64,000 bases of DNA from an uncultured Chloroflexia bacterium (GTDB lineage Bacteria; Chloroflexota; Limnocylindria; Limnocylindrales; CSP1-4), in assembly GCA_963752475.1 (NCBI GenBank), contig CAVVYR010000006.1:320001-384000 (forward strand), given 5' to 3'. The notes under the pieces are model-generated. The model worked only from the letters and a program-made list of their open reading frames with translations, had not been told where the DNA came from and searched no databases. Of the stretch, positions 49,911 through 62,604 are shown one piece after another (within the stretch, counting starts at the first letter, position 1; every line of letters begins with the position of its first letter). The translations under genes were made by a program, and so were the position numbers.

Positions 49911-50546
49911 ACGAGCGACGCTACGAGGCGGCCCGGACCCTGCTCGCACGGGTCGCCGGCCTGCTGTACGACCGTCGCTTGACCGAGCTGCGCGGTGGCA
50001 ACATGAGCCTGCGTTTCGGGGACGCCGTGGTGATGACGCCGACCAAGGCCTCGGAGAACCGCGGGTGGCGTCTGCGACGCGGAAGACATGCTGGTGCAGG
50101 ACCTCGATGGCGAGATGCTGGTCGGCGAAGCCGGCCATGCATCTCGCGGGAGATCCGCATCCACACGCGGCTGTATCGCGCCTTCCCGGATGTCGGGCTG
50201 CGTCTTCCATCTGCACCTGCCAGAGGCGCATCGCGGCCGCGGTCGGCGCGCTGGGAGCCGGGCGTGGTGGCCGACACGACCGAGCCGTACGGCGCGGCTG
50301 TGGTCGTGCTCGAGCGCGGACCTGCGAGCCCAGACCGAGCCGCATGATGCGCGCGCGGTGGAGCTGCTGGGCCAGGTCGCAGCGCGAGGACGGCGCCATC
50401 GCCATCGGCTCGATGCACGGCACCTTCGGCGTCGCGCGCGACCTGCCCACGAACATGCGCGCGGCCGATGTCTTCCGTCAGCGGCTGGAGCTCGCACGAC
50501 TGCGCGCTGCGCCTGCGCGGCGCCCGCGACCGGAGGCGTCGCATGA
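49907..50546 (+). pseudogene. Class II aldolase/adducin-family protein, frameshifted
   Basis: RGGNMS, MTPT, SREIRIH..LY, FHLH and HGTF fragments. Confidence 0.75.
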
Positions 50547-51155
50547 CCACCACGGCGCAGGCGCCGGGAGACCGCTGGCGGCCATCTTCGGCCGGCTGTT
50601 CGAGAACGAGTTCGCCACGCTCGACGGCATCGCCATCAGCTGCCGCAGCGAGCGACGGGCTCTCGACTACGCTCGACGGCACCGACTGGGCTGCGCCTGT
50701 GGCTCGGACGACGGCAGTCAGCTGCGCTGGAGGCCGGCAGAGGACACCGCTGCAGCTACGCCCTCCACGAAGCCTGCTGGCGGCGATGCCGGAGCACGAG
50801 CCGTCATAGCGGCTGGTCGCGCCACCTGCGGGCCTGCTGCTCGAGGGCTTCGCGCCACCGCCGGTCACCAGCATGCTGCGCAACCGGACGTGCGCGACAT
50901 CGCGGCACCACCTCGGTGCGACCGGACGAACTGACGGGGCCGCGCTTGAGGAGACGATCGCACAGGGCACGCTATGGCCGAGCGCACGGCATGCGGCATC
51001 CGCTGATGGTCTCGGAGGACGGGATCGACGTGGTCTCGGAAGCTCCGCCGTCCGAGGCCATGGCGCCCTGGCACGACATCGAGCTGGCCGCGGGTGTCGA
51101 GTGCATGCGGGTCGAAGAGGCCACACTAGAGACTAGGGAGGTCGAGAGATGGTGA
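50543..51155 (+). pseudogene. Hypothetical protein, frameshifted
   Basis: ATGA-coupled start with GGAGG RBS; coding-like fragments (AIFGRLFENEFATLDGIA; HPLMVSEDGIDVVSE). Confidence 0.5.
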
Positions 51156-52024
51156 CCGGATGGGAGATCGCAGTCGAAGCTGCCGACCTGATCGGCGAGG
51201 GCCCCGCTTGGGAGGCATCCCGGGCGTCGCTGCTGTGGACCGACATCGCCGGGCGGCGGATCCACCGGCTCGACCCGGCCAGCGGTGAGGTCTGGACTCG
51301 CGGACTCGACCAGATGGCAGGGGCCGTGTTGCCGCGTGCGCGCGGCGGGTTGGCCCTTTGCCTGCAGGACGGTGTCTACCTCACCGACGACGACGAGGGG
51401 GAGCCACGCCTGCTCGCGCCGATCGAGCCCGACGACGAGACCACGCGCCTGAACGACGTCAAGACCGACCGGGCGGGACGCCTGTGGGGCGGCACCATGG
51501 CCCTCGATGCCCGCGCCGGCGCGGGCGCCTTCTACCGCATCACCGCGGACGGCCAGGTCACGGTCATCGCCAGCCCTGTGACCATCTCCAACGGCCTCGA
51601 GTGGAGCCCCGACGGCTCGCTCATGTACTACATCGACACCGCCACGCAGCGCATGGACGTGTTCGACTTCGACCTCGAGGCAGGGCACGCCAGTGGCCGT
51701 CGGCCGTTCATCCACTTCGAAGCTTCCTTCGGGATCCCCGACGGCATGACCATCGACGCCGAGGGCTATCTCTGGGTGGCCTTCTACGACGGCTGGGCGG
51801 TTCGCCGCTTCAGTCCCCAGGGCGCCCTGGACCGCACCGTCGAGCTGCCGGCCGCGCGCACCACCAGCTGCTGCTTCGGGGGCGCCGACCTCGAGCAGCT
51901 CTATGTCACCAGCGCACGCGACGGGCTCAGCCGCAGCCAGCTCGCTGAGCAACCGCACGCCGGCGCCCTCTTCGTCATCGAGCCCGGTGTCGCCGGGTTG
52001 CCCATCACACCCTTCGCCGGCTGA
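51149..52024 (+). CDS. SMP-30/gluconolactonase-family sugar lactonase
   Basis: GEGPAW, RLNDVK.D..GRLWGGTM, SNGLEWSPD, PDGMTID. Confidence 0.92.
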   Translation: MVTGWEIAVEAADLIGEGPAWEASRASLLWTDIAGRRIHRLDPASGEVWTRGLDQMAGAVLPRARGGLALCLQDGVYLTDDDEGEPRLLAPIEPDDETTRLNDVKTDRAGRLWGGTMALDARAGAGAFYRITADGQVTVIASPVTISNGLEWSPDGSLMYYIDTATQRMDVFDFDLEAGHASGRRPFIHFEASFGIPDGMTIDAEGYLWVAFYDGWAVRRFSPQGALDRTVELPAARTTSCCFGGADLEQLYVTSARDGLSRSQLAEQPHAGALFVIEPGVAGLPITPFAG

Positions 52025-52050
52025 CCGGCGACCACACCAGAGAGGACAGC

Positions 52051-52437
52051 GTGAGGACCGTCAAGCACGCCGAGACACCGATCGATCCGCTGCCCGGTCG
52101 CGGCATCCGGCGCTTCGTCGGGCGCGACTCCGCGCTCGACAGCGAGGAGATGACCGTGGGCACGGCGCTCTACGCCGATGAGTTCGGACCCATGGCGCCG
52201 CACAACCACGCCGAGGAGACGATCTTCGTCCTCGAAGCGGAGCGGGCCTGGGTTCGTTGGGGCCCAACGGCCGACGATCTGCCCAACCGCATCGATCTGG
52301 AGCCGGGCGTGGTCGTCAACACGCCGGCCATGGAGTGGCACGTCTTCGAGTGGGAGCCCGGCGGACACATCGAGCTGCTCTTCGTCTACGGCCAGGTCGA
52401 CGACATCCGCCCTGAAGACATGGAGAAGGACGCATGA
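52051..52437 (+). CDS. Cupin-domain protein
   Basis: PHNHAEE and P..EWH cupin metal motifs. Confidence 0.8.
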   Translation: MRTVKHAETPIDPLPGRGIRRFVGRDSALDSEEMTVGTALYADEFGPMAPHNHAEETIFVLEAERAWVRWGPTADDLPNRIDLEPGVVVNTPAMEWHVFEWEPGGHIELLFVYGQVDDIRPEDMEKDA

Positions 52438-53348
52438 CAGACAGCAAACCGACCATCGGCTTCATCGGCCTGGGCATCATGGGCGCGCCCATGGCCCGCA
52501 ACCTCCTGGCCGCTGGCTACGAGTTGACGGTGCTCGACGTGGTCCAGGCGCCCGTGGATGGACTCGTGGCCGAAGGGGCCACCGCCGGCACCACCCCCGC
52601 GGAGGTCGCCGCCGCCACCGACGTGCTCATCACCATGCTGCCCGACTCACCGCAGGTGGAGGAGGTCTACCTTGGCGCCGACGGCGCCTATGAGGCCCTG
52701 CGGGAGGGCTGGTTGTCCATCGACATGAGCTCCATCGCCCCGGGCACCGCTCGCGCGTTGGCCGAACGTGCCGCTGCGGCCGGGACCGAGGCGCTCGATG
52801 CGCCCGTCTCGGGTGGCGACAAGGGTGCCATCGCGGGCACGCTCTCGATCATGGTCGGTGGTTCCGAAGCCGCCTTCGAACGCGCCCGGCCGATCTTCGA
52901 GGTCATGGGCGCGACCATCGTCCATTGCGGTCCCGCTGGTGCCGGGCAGGTCGTCAAGGTCTGCAACCAGGTCACCGTCGGGGTCGTCATCGAGGCCGTC
53001 AGCGAAGCACTCGTGCTGGGCGCCAAGGCCGGCGTAGACCCGGCTCGCATCGCCGACGTGCTGCAGGGTGGGCTGGCCGCCACGAAGGTGCTCGAGATGC
53101 GCCGCGACAACTTCCTCTCCGGCTCGTTCGATCCCGGCTTCCGCATCCGGCTGCACCTCAAGGACCTCAAGAACGCGCTCGAGCTGGGTCGTGACGAGGG
53201 TGTGGCCCTGCCGGCCGCGGCCACCGTCGAGCAGCTCATGCGCGCGGCTCTCGCGAACGGTCGAGGGGAGTACGACCACTCCGGCCTGGTGACGGTGCTG
53301 GAGGACCTCGCCGACAGCCGAGTCTCGGAGGCAGCCGCCGGCGACTGA
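52434..53348 (+). CDS. 2-hydroxy-3-oxopropionate reductase-like (GarR/GlxR; beta-hydroxyacid dehydrogenase family)
   Basis: GFIGLGIMG, DAPVSGG, K.CNQ, FRIRLHLKDL. Confidence 0.9.
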   Translation: MTDSKPTIGFIGLGIMGAPMARNLLAAGYELTVLDVVQAPVDGLVAEGATAGTTPAEVAAATDVLITMLPDSPQVEEVYLGADGAYEALREGWLSIDMSSIAPGTARALAERAAAAGTEALDAPVSGGDKGAIAGTLSIMVGGSEAAFERARPIFEVMGATIVHCGPAGAGQVVKVCNQVTVGVVIEAVSEALVLGAKAGVDPARIADVLQGGLAATKVLEMRRDNFLSGSFDPGFRIRLHLKDLKNALELGRDEGVALPAAATVEQLMRAALANGRGEYDHSGLVTVLEDLADSRVSEAAAGD

Positions 53349-53353
53349 CCTGA

Positions 53354-55464
<2,111 letters not shown>

Positions 55465-55474
55465 GGACAGCATG

Positions 55475-55735
55475 CTAGCGAAGCGGCTCGATGCGGTCGA
55501 GTGGCAGACGTCGCGTGGCAAGCGTCCAGTCACGCTCGAGCTCCCGACGGTGGCTTGATGCCCACTCGGCGACCAACCTGAGTGCTCGGGGCGGCAGCCG
55601 ACCTCTGAGCACCGCGCAGTCTGAGATCGCGATCCGCGCCCTGTATTCACCGTAGCGAGCATGGAAGTGCGGTGGCTCGTGGTCGTCCGGATACATCGTG
55701 ATGACGATGCCGTAGAAGCGACAGATCTCGGGCAT
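55475..55735 (-). CDS. DUF4160-like protein (putative toxin)
   Basis: MPEICRFYGIVITMY..DHEPPHFHARY...IEPL pattern. Confidence 0.85.
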   Translation of the reverse strand: MPEICRFYGIVITMYPDDHEPPHFHARYGEYRARIAISDCAVLRGRLPPRALRLVAEWASSHRRELERDWTLATRRLPLDRIEPLR

Positions 55736-55852
55736 CGACGGACGTTACGCACGCCGTCTTCACTGCCATATCATCCGGACTTCGCCGGCACTTGGGCCCG
55801 CCGTACAATGGCCGCACAGACCCGCATCACTCCCTGAGGAGCCCACGAACCC

Positions 55853-56518
55853 ATGAAGCTGTTCCTGGATACCGCTGTCATCGACGAGATCCGCACCGTC
55901 CATAGCTGGGGCGTGCTCGATGGCGTGACCACCAACCCCTCGCTCTTCGCCAAGGCCGGCGGCGGCAGCTACGAAGAGGTACTCGAGGAGATCTGTGGCA
56001 TCACCTCCGGTCCGGTCAGCGCCGAGGTCATCGCCGACGACCTCGAGGGCATGCTCAGCGAAGGGCGCAAGTTCGCCAAGATCGCGCCGAACATCGTGGT
56101 CAAGGTACCCATGACCGAGACCGGCCTGACGGCCATCTCGACCTTCGCCGAAGAGGGCATCAAGACGAACTGCACGCTCATCTTCAGCACGGCCCAGGGG
56201 CTGCTCGCGGCCAAGGCCGGCGCCACCTACCTGTCCCCCTTCGTCGGTCGCCTCGACGATATCGCCCAGGAGGGCATGGACATGGTCCGCGAGTTGGCTG
56301 CGCTGCTCATGGTCCAGGAGTTGGACGCGGAGATCATCGTGGCCTCCACGCGATCGCCGCGGCACGTCGTCGATGGTGCCCTCGCCGGTGCCACGGTCGC
56401 GACCGTGCCCTTCAAGGTCGTGGCCCAGATGGTCAAGCACCCGCTGACCGACAAGGGCATCGCCCAGTTCGAGGCCGATTGGGCCAAGGCCCAGGCCGAG
56501 CTCGCCGCCAAGGGCTAG
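55853..56518 (+). CDS. fsa: Small transaldolase / fructose-6-phosphate aldolase family
   Basis: [42 protein letters not shown]. Confidence 0.92.
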   Translation: MKLFLDTAVIDEIRTVHSWGVLDGVTTNPSLFAKAGGGSYEEVLEEICGITSGPVSAEVIADDLEGMLSEGRKFAKIAPNIVVKVPMTETGLTAISTFAEEGIKTNCTLIFSTAQGLLAAKAGATYLSPFVGRLDDIAQEGMDMVRELAALLMVQELDAEIIVASTRSPRHVVDGALAGATVATVPFKVVAQMVKHPLTDKGIAQFEADWAKAQAELAAKG

Positions 56519-57254
56519 CCGCCGGGCGGCTCCTCCGCCATCAGCCCGCCCACCGATGCCCTGGGCGCCTACGATGCCGTCGGCGCCTACATCGACCGAG
56601 CCGAGCCCCGGGTGACGTCTGACGGACTCCGGGGCTCACGATTTCGCCGAGAGCACCTGACGCGAAGCTGCACCGTCAGGCCATGGAGCGCATGGGGGCG
56701 CTCATGATGTGGTCTTGTGGCCACGCGTCGCCCTGGTCGACGGTCGGGGTCCTCGTAGCCACCTCTGGCACGGATGAGCGCCCGCTGACCGCAGATCCCG
56801 TGTCCGCTGCGCGTCATCGCGTCAGGAGTACATCCCTCCGGCCGGGTGAAGAGTGGCTCGACCGCGAAGTCGCTGCCATGCTGAGCGGTTGGGACAGACG
56901 GACTGACCATGGCCAAGACCTCCGCCGACGATCGCCAACTCTCGCATCGAGCTGGCCACTGCGCCGCCTCTCGCGAGCGTTGGCGTGATCATCATTCCTC
57001 GGCTCTATCAGACTCCCGAGGAGCAGATGGCGCAAGAGACCCAGGTCACATCGTCACGATGCAGCAATGGTGTGGGGCCCACAGGAAGTCGCATCAATGA
57101 GGCGAAGCGTCGCGATGTTCGAGGCCCGAATCGGGCACGGCCATGCCCTCAGCGACAAGGGAGTTCTGGGTTCAAGGTGTCGCGATGTGGTCTGAGCTGC
57201 AGTCAGCCGAGGCATCCGCGACCGAGCCTGGGAACAAGCCGGAGGCGCTGGCTC

Positions 57255-57290
57255 GACAGGGGCTCTGCGCGTCATCGCAGAGCCCCCTGT
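57255..57290 (-). terminator. Terminator-like hairpin
   Basis: GACAGGGGCTCTGCG...CGCAGAGCCCCCTGTC just after the stop at 57297. Confidence 0.6.
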
Positions 57291-57296
57291 CAGCGA

Positions 57297-58928
57297 TCAG
57301 CGGGTGAACTCGTAGACGGTGTTCGTCACGTCCTCGGTCACGTAGATCGAGCCGTTGGGACCGACCGCCACCCCAGTGAGCATGCCGAACGGAAGGGCGC
57401 CCGGAGTGACTCGTGCCCCGAGATCCAGCCCTTCGATGACCGGCGTGACCGCGCCGCTGGCCAGATCGATGGCTGACACGCGATCCAAGCCCTCTTCGAC
57501 GACAAGCAGGCGATCACCATCGAGCGCCAGCCCCTCCGGGAAGGCAAGGTCGGTAGCGAGCGGGACCGCATCACCATCGGACGGGACGGCGAAGACCGTG
57601 CCCTGGGCCCAGTCGGCCACGTACAGGGTGTCCCCGTCGGAAGTCAGGCCGGTCGGCAGCACGAGTCCGCCGATCAACTCATCGCCGGTCGTCGCATTCA
57701 CGACGTTGTTGCCGTCGGGCAGGCCGCCCTGCGCGGCCACGAGTGCATCACCGTGGCGGATGGCGTTCAACGGCACCGCGAGCGTGCGGATATCTTCGGC
57801 CACGGCGCCGGTGACAGGGTCGAACACCTGTACCGCGTTCGAGAACCAGCTGGTGCTGATGAGCTCGTCCCCATCTGCCGACAAGCTGAACCCCGTCGCC
57901 GGCTCCATGCCCGGCGGGTCGTAGCGATCGTAGAACGTCGTCACCACCTCGCCGTTCGCGCCGATCCCGCGGATCGAGAACGGATCGGCCGCGACCCAGA
58001 CCGTGCCGTCGGGAGTGATCGCGACACCAGACGGGGACGGCCAGCCGGCTTCGTTCAGCGGCTCGACCTCACCACCCGGGCTCCAGCGCAGGATCTGTCC
58101 GTCGCTCGAGGCCGCGGTGAAGATGCGGCCTGCCGAGTCGAAGGCCATGTTGTCAAGCGTGCCCTCGATGTCGAGGAGCACCTCGTGGTCTCCGCCCTCC
58201 ATGTCGACCTTGAGAATCTGACCCTCGGCGAGATCGACGACGTAGAGCTGACCCGATGAGTCGAACTTCACCGCGGAGGGGATACGGAAGCCCTCAGCCA
58301 CGATCTCTGCCGTCGGCTCTTCGGCATCGACATCGACGCGGGCGATGGCCCCGCCGAAGAACAGCGGTCCATACAGGAGGCCGTCTGGGCCGAAGTCCAT
58401 GCCGTTCATGCCGACCAAGTCCTCGATGACCACCCGGGGCGGCTCCACGAGCTCCGGATCCAGCTCGTACAGTCCGTCGCCCATGAAGTCACGAGCCACG
58501 AAGAGTCGGCCATCATCCGACATCGTGATGGGATTGACGCCCGGTCCTACCTGCTGGGTCGTGAAGGTACCGTCGGGCTTGAGCATGCCGACGTTGCCGG
58601 CGAGGAGCTCGGTCCAGTAGATCGTGCCATCGTTCGTGACGAACACGTCATCGGGGCCGTGGACACCTCGCTCAGGGCCGATGCGATCGAGGATCTCGCC
58701 GGTGTCGGGGTCCTGGACCGTGATCTCGTCACCGCCCACGCTCGCGGCGTAGACCTTGCCATCCGGTCCGACGTAGGTGCCGTTCGACCCCTTGAGGATG
58801 GATGCGCGCCAGACGGGGGCGCCATCCTCGGGGCTGTAGGGCTCGGTGGCCACCTCGTCCTGTGCCGCGACGCCGGCAGATGCCAGCATCAGGGTGACGA
58901 CCGTGGCTAGCGCGATGAACTTACGCAT
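57297..58928 (-). CDS. Secreted double beta-propeller protein (SMP-30/NHL-like repeats)
   Basis: Signal peptide VAA|QDE; repeated P.G/N.....GPDG.LY blades; GGGAG RBS. Confidence 0.8.
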   Translation of the reverse strand: MRKFIALATVVTLMLASAGVAAQDEVATEPYSPEDGAPVWRASILKGSNGTYVGPDGKVYAASVGGDEITVQDPDTGEILDRIGPERGVHGPDDVFVTNDGTIYWTELLAGNVGMLKPDGTFTTQQVGPGVNPITMSDDGRLFVARDFMGDGLYELDPELVEPPRVVIEDLVGMNGMDFGPDGLLYGPLFFGGAIARVDVDAEEPTAEIVAEGFRIPSAVKFDSSGQLYVVDLAEGQILKVDMEGGDHEVLLDIEGTLDNMAFDSAGRIFTAASSDGQILRWSPGGEVEPLNEAGWPSPSGVAITPDGTVWVAADPFSIRGIGANGEVVTTFYDRYDPPGMEPATGFSLSADGDELISTSWFSNAVQVFDPVTGAVAEDIRTLAVPLNAIRHGDALVAAQGGLPDGNNVVNATTGDELIGGLVLPTGLTSDGDTLYVADWAQGTVFAVPSDGDAVPLATDLAFPEGLALDGDRLLVVEEGLDRVSAIDLASGAVTPVIEGLDLGARVTPGALPFGMLTGVAVGPNGSIYVTEDVTNTVYEFTR

Positions 58929-59159
58929 GCGTGCGCTCCCGCTTTGCATGGTCGCGCTGTCGGCGGCTCATCTGGTCACTCGGCACGGCCACCACTGCTG
59001 ATTCTCTCACTCGCGTCGAGGTCACCCTGAACTGTGACGGTGGTCCGACGCGTGGTACCGCGCCGGCACCGCTGACTATCTGGTGCTATCAGCCGATATG
59101 GTCGACACGGGCGACGCTTGACTGCAGAGGCCGGAGGAACGGGCCGATATGCCTGATGG

Positions 59160-59187
59160 TTGACCAAGTCCGCTCGCGTGCTACTAT
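59160..59187 (+). promoter_or_regulatory. Housekeeping-sigma promoter for rho
   Basis: TTGACC-16nt-TACTAT with extended -10 TG. Confidence 0.65.
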
Positions 59188-59352
59188 CCGATTCGTCCCC
59201 ACCCCACCGTCCGACGCCTGACCGGCTCACGGCTGGTCCATGCGCGACCGGGGGAGCTGAGGACACCCATCTCCACGCTCGCTACCGCATGCGCCCAGCG
59301 CTGCTGTCCGTCGAGCGGTCACCCCGATGCCGTAAGGAACGAAGCCCCGGAT

Positions 59353-60624
59353 ATGGACATCAAGGAACTCGAGAAGAAGGACGCCGGCGAGCTGGCCAAG
59401 ATCGGCGGGGACCTCGACGTCGCTGACGCCGAGGGGATGCAGCGTGAGGAGCTCGTCGAGCAGATCATGCAGCGCCAGTCAGAGCAGAAGGGTCAGAAGT
59501 ATGCGGCCGGCATCCTCGACATCGTCGAGGACGGCTACGGCTTCATGCGACGCCGCGGCCTCATGCCCAGCCCGGACGACGTCTACGTCAGCTCCAGCCA
59601 CGTGCGCCGCTTCGGCCTGCGTGCCGGAGACCGCGTGGCCGGCATCCCGCGCTCGCCCAAGAAGGGTGAGAAGTACTGGGGCCTCGTCCGCGTCGAGACC
59701 GTCAACGGCATGGACCCCAACGATGCCAGGCGTCGGCCTCACTTCGATGAGCTCACCCCCATCCACCCCTACCAGCTCATCAACCTCGAGCACGACCCCG
59801 AGAACCTGAGCCAGCGCCTGGTCAACATCGTCAACCCCATCGGCAAGGGCCAGCGCGCGCTCGTCGTCAGCCCGCCCAAGGCCGGCAAGACGATGCTGCT
59901 CAAGAACATCGCCAACGGCATCACCACCAACTACCCGGAGATCCTGCTCATGGTCGCGCTCATCGGCGAGCGCCCCGAGGAGGTCACCGACATGCGCCGC
60001 TCGGTCAAGGGCGAGGTCATCAGCTCGACCTTCGACGAGCCGACCGAGAACCACACGCACGTCGCCGAGATGGCCCTGGAGATCGCCAAGCGTCAGGTCG
60101 AGTCCGGCCGCGACGTGGTCATCCTGCTCGACTCCATCACCCGCCTCTCGCGCGCCTACAACCTGGCCCTGCCGCCGTCCGGCCGCACCCTCACCGGCGG
60201 TATCGACCCGGTCGCGCTGTATCCCCCCAAGCGCTTCTTCGGCGCCGCTCGCAAGCTCGAGGAAGGCGGCTCGCTGACGATCATCGCGACCTGTCTCGTC
60301 GACACCGGCTCGCGCATGGATGACGTCATCTACGAGGAGTTCAAGGGCACCGGCAACAGCGAGCTCATCCTCGACCGCAAGCTGGCCGAGAAGCGCATCT
60401 ATCCGTCGATCGATGTGCAGCGCTCCGGTACTCGCCGCGAGGAGCTCCTGCTCGAAGAGCCCGTGCTCAGGATGGTCTGGACCATGCGCCGCATGCTCAG
60501 CGCCGTCGGTACCAACGAGGGCATCGAGCTGCTGCTCAACCGCCTCAGCAAGACCGACACCAACGCCGAGTTCCTGGCCTCACTCACCCGCCAGGCGGCC
60601 AGCGAGGGTACCAACGGCAAGTAG
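59353..60624 (+). CDS. rho: Transcription termination factor Rho
   Basis: [47 protein letters not shown]. Confidence 0.98.
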   Translation: MDIKELEKKDAGELAKIGGDLDVADAEGMQREELVEQIMQRQSEQKGQKYAAGILDIVEDGYGFMRRRGLMPSPDDVYVSSSHVRRFGLRAGDRVAGIPRSPKKGEKYWGLVRVETVNGMDPNDARRRPHFDELTPIHPYQLINLEHDPENLSQRLVNIVNPIGKGQRALVVSPPKAGKTMLLKNIANGITTNYPEILLMVALIGERPEEVTDMRRSVKGEVISSTFDEPTENHTHVAEMALEIAKRQVESGRDVVILLDSITRLSRAYNLALPPSGRTLTGGIDPVALYPPKRFFGAARKLEEGGSLTIIATCLVDTGSRMDDVIYEEFKGTGNSELILDRKLAEKRIYPSIDVQRSGTRREELLLEEPVLRMVWTMRRMLSAVGTNEGIELLLNRLSKTDTNAEFLASLTRQAASEGTNGK

Positions 60625-60670
60625 GCCGGTCGGCCGCGTCGCTGGGCGCGCGGTCATACTGGCCTGACCG

Positions 60671-61975
60671 ATGTTCCTCGACCAGGTCGACCTCACCGTC
60701 ATCGCCGGCAACGGCGGCAACGGCGCCGCCACGTTCCGCCGCGAGGCCCATGTGCCCCGCGGCGGTCCCGATGGTGGTGATGGCGGCCGTGGCGGCTCCG
60801 TCTACCTCGTCGTCGACGTGGGTCAGACGATGCTCATCGACTACCGCTACAAGCACCACTTCCGTGCCCAGCACGGAACACCCGGGCAGCGCTCGCGCCG
60901 CCACGGCAAGACCGGTGGCGACCTGGAGCTGGCGGTCCCACCCGGCACCACCATCTACGACGCGGTGACGGGCGACCTCATGGCCGACCTCGTCTATCCG
61001 GCCCAGCGGGTGATGGTCGCTCGCGGTGGACGTGGCGGTCTGGGCAACACCCACTTCGCTACCTCCACGCACCAGGCCCCCAAACATGCCCAGAAGGGTG
61101 AGCCCGGCGAGGAGCGCCGCCTGCGCCTGGAGCTGCGGCTCATCGCCGACGTCGGCCTGGTGGGGCTGCCCAACGCGGGCAAGTCCACGCTACTGACCGC
61201 GCTCACCGCGGCCACGCCCAAGATCGCCAACTACCCCTTCACCACCCTCGAGCCCAACCTCGGTGTGCTCGACCTCGCCGTCGATGATCCCCTCGACGAC
61301 CGCCGCCCCACGCTGGCCGACCTACCCGGGCTCATCGAGGGCGCCAGCGCCGGTGCCGGCCTGGGCCATGCCTTCCTGCGCCACGTCGAGCGTACGCGCG
61401 TGCTGGTCCATGTCGTGGACATGTCCGAAGGCGACCCCGAGCGCGACTACCAGGTCATCCGCGACGAGCTCGAGGCGCGCGATCCGGCTTTGCTCGAGAA
61501 GACGACCCTGGTCGTGGCCAACAAGATGGACCTCGACCCCGACCCGGAGCTGGTGCGGGCGTTCACGGACGCTCGTGCAGGGGAGGGCCTGGAGGTCGTG
61601 CCCGTTTCGGCGGCGCTGTCCGAGGGGCTCGTCGAGCTGCGTGCGGCACTGGCCAAGCTGCTACCGACCGACGAGGAACTGGGCGGGCCCGGCGAAGCCA
61701 CCGGCGTCGTCGTCCACCGCTATGACCCGACCGAGGAGGGCTTCGTCGTCGAACGCGAGCCCGGCGGCGTGTGGGCCGTCGAGGGCCGGCGCGTGGAGCG
61801 GCTCGTGGCCCAGACGGACTTCGAGAACGAGGAATCTGCCGCCCGCTTCCAGCGCGAGCTGGCCAAGATGGGCCTCGTGGACAGGCTGCGCGACGCCGGC
61901 GTGGAGGCGGGTGACACCGTCCGTATCGGCGACACCGAGCTGGAGTGGGGCGCGGAGCCCGGAGCCTGGGTGTGA
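60671..61975 (+). CDS. obgE: GTPase ObgE with C-terminal OCT domain
   Basis: GGPDGGDGGRGG, GLPNAGKS, YPFTT, DLPG, NKMD. Confidence 0.98.
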   Translation: MFLDQVDLTVIAGNGGNGAATFRREAHVPRGGPDGGDGGRGGSVYLVVDVGQTMLIDYRYKHHFRAQHGTPGQRSRRHGKTGGDLELAVPPGTTIYDAVTGDLMADLVYPAQRVMVARGGRGGLGNTHFATSTHQAPKHAQKGEPGEERRLRLELRLIADVGLVGLPNAGKSTLLTALTAATPKIANYPFTTLEPNLGVLDLAVDDPLDDRRPTLADLPGLIEGASAGAGLGHAFLRHVERTRVLVHVVDMSEGDPERDYQVIRDELEARDPALLEKTTLVVANKMDLDPDPELVRAFTDARAGEGLEVVPVSAALSEGLVELRAALAKLLPTDEELGGPGEATGVVVHRYDPTEEGFVVEREPGGVWAVEGRRVERLVAQTDFENEESAARFQRELAKMGLVDRLRDAGVEAGDTVRIGDTELEWGAEPGAWV

Positions 61976-62604
61976 CCGGGGCGCCTCGCGCGTTCGGGAT
62001 CATCGGGGGCACGTTCGATCCGCTCCACCTGGGCCACCTGGCGTTGGCCGACGAGGCGCTCCATGAGCTCGAGCTGGACCATCTCCTCTTCGTGCCCAAC
62101 GCGGACCCGCCGCACAAACAGGGTCAGGCGGTGACGCCGGCTCGCCATCGAGAGGCCATGGTGGCGCTGGCCATCGAGCCCGAGCCCAGGTTCCGGCTCT
62201 CGCGCATCGAGCTCGAGCGCGAAGGTCCCAGCTTCGCCGTCGATACGGTGGCCCAGCTGGCCGAACGCTCACATGCCGAGGGCCGACCCGAGCCGTGGTT
62301 CGTGATGTCCGCGGAGACGCTCGATGGCTTCGATGCCTGGCGTGAGCCGGAGCGCATCCTGGAGCTGTGCCGGCTGGCGGTGGGACCACGCCCCGGTGCC
62401 GAGCCGCTCGATCACGGCTGGGTCGCGGAGCACCATCCCGGGCGTGAGAGCCGGTTCGTGTTCCTGCCGGGACCGGAGCTCGACATCGCCTCGACGGACA
62501 TCCGCGAGCGTGTCGCCACCGGCGCGCCCATCACCGACCTCGCGCCCGAGGTCGTCATCGACTACATCGAGGAGCACGGCCTGTACCGGGGAGGGGAGGC
62601 ATGA
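61972..62604 (+). CDS. nadD: Nicotinate-nucleotide adenylyltransferase
   Basis: GGTFDPLHLGH, PPHK, IASTDIR. Confidence 0.95.
   Translation: MTGAPRAFGIIGGTFDPLHLGHLALADEALHELELDHLLFVPNADPPHKQGQAVTPARHREAMVALAIEPEPRFRLSRIELEREGPSFAVDTVAQLAERSHAEGRPEPWFVMSAETLDGFDAWREPERILELCRLAVGPRPGAEPLDHGWVAEHHPGRESRFVFLPGPELDIASTDIRERVATGAPITDLAPEVVIDYIEEHGLYRGGEA

Noticed and set aside
42619-53348. Sulfoglycolysis (sulfo-transaldolase) pathway assignment
   Set aside because: The transaldolase-like and GarR-like genes fit loosely, but no sulfoquinovosidase or isomerase is recognisable.
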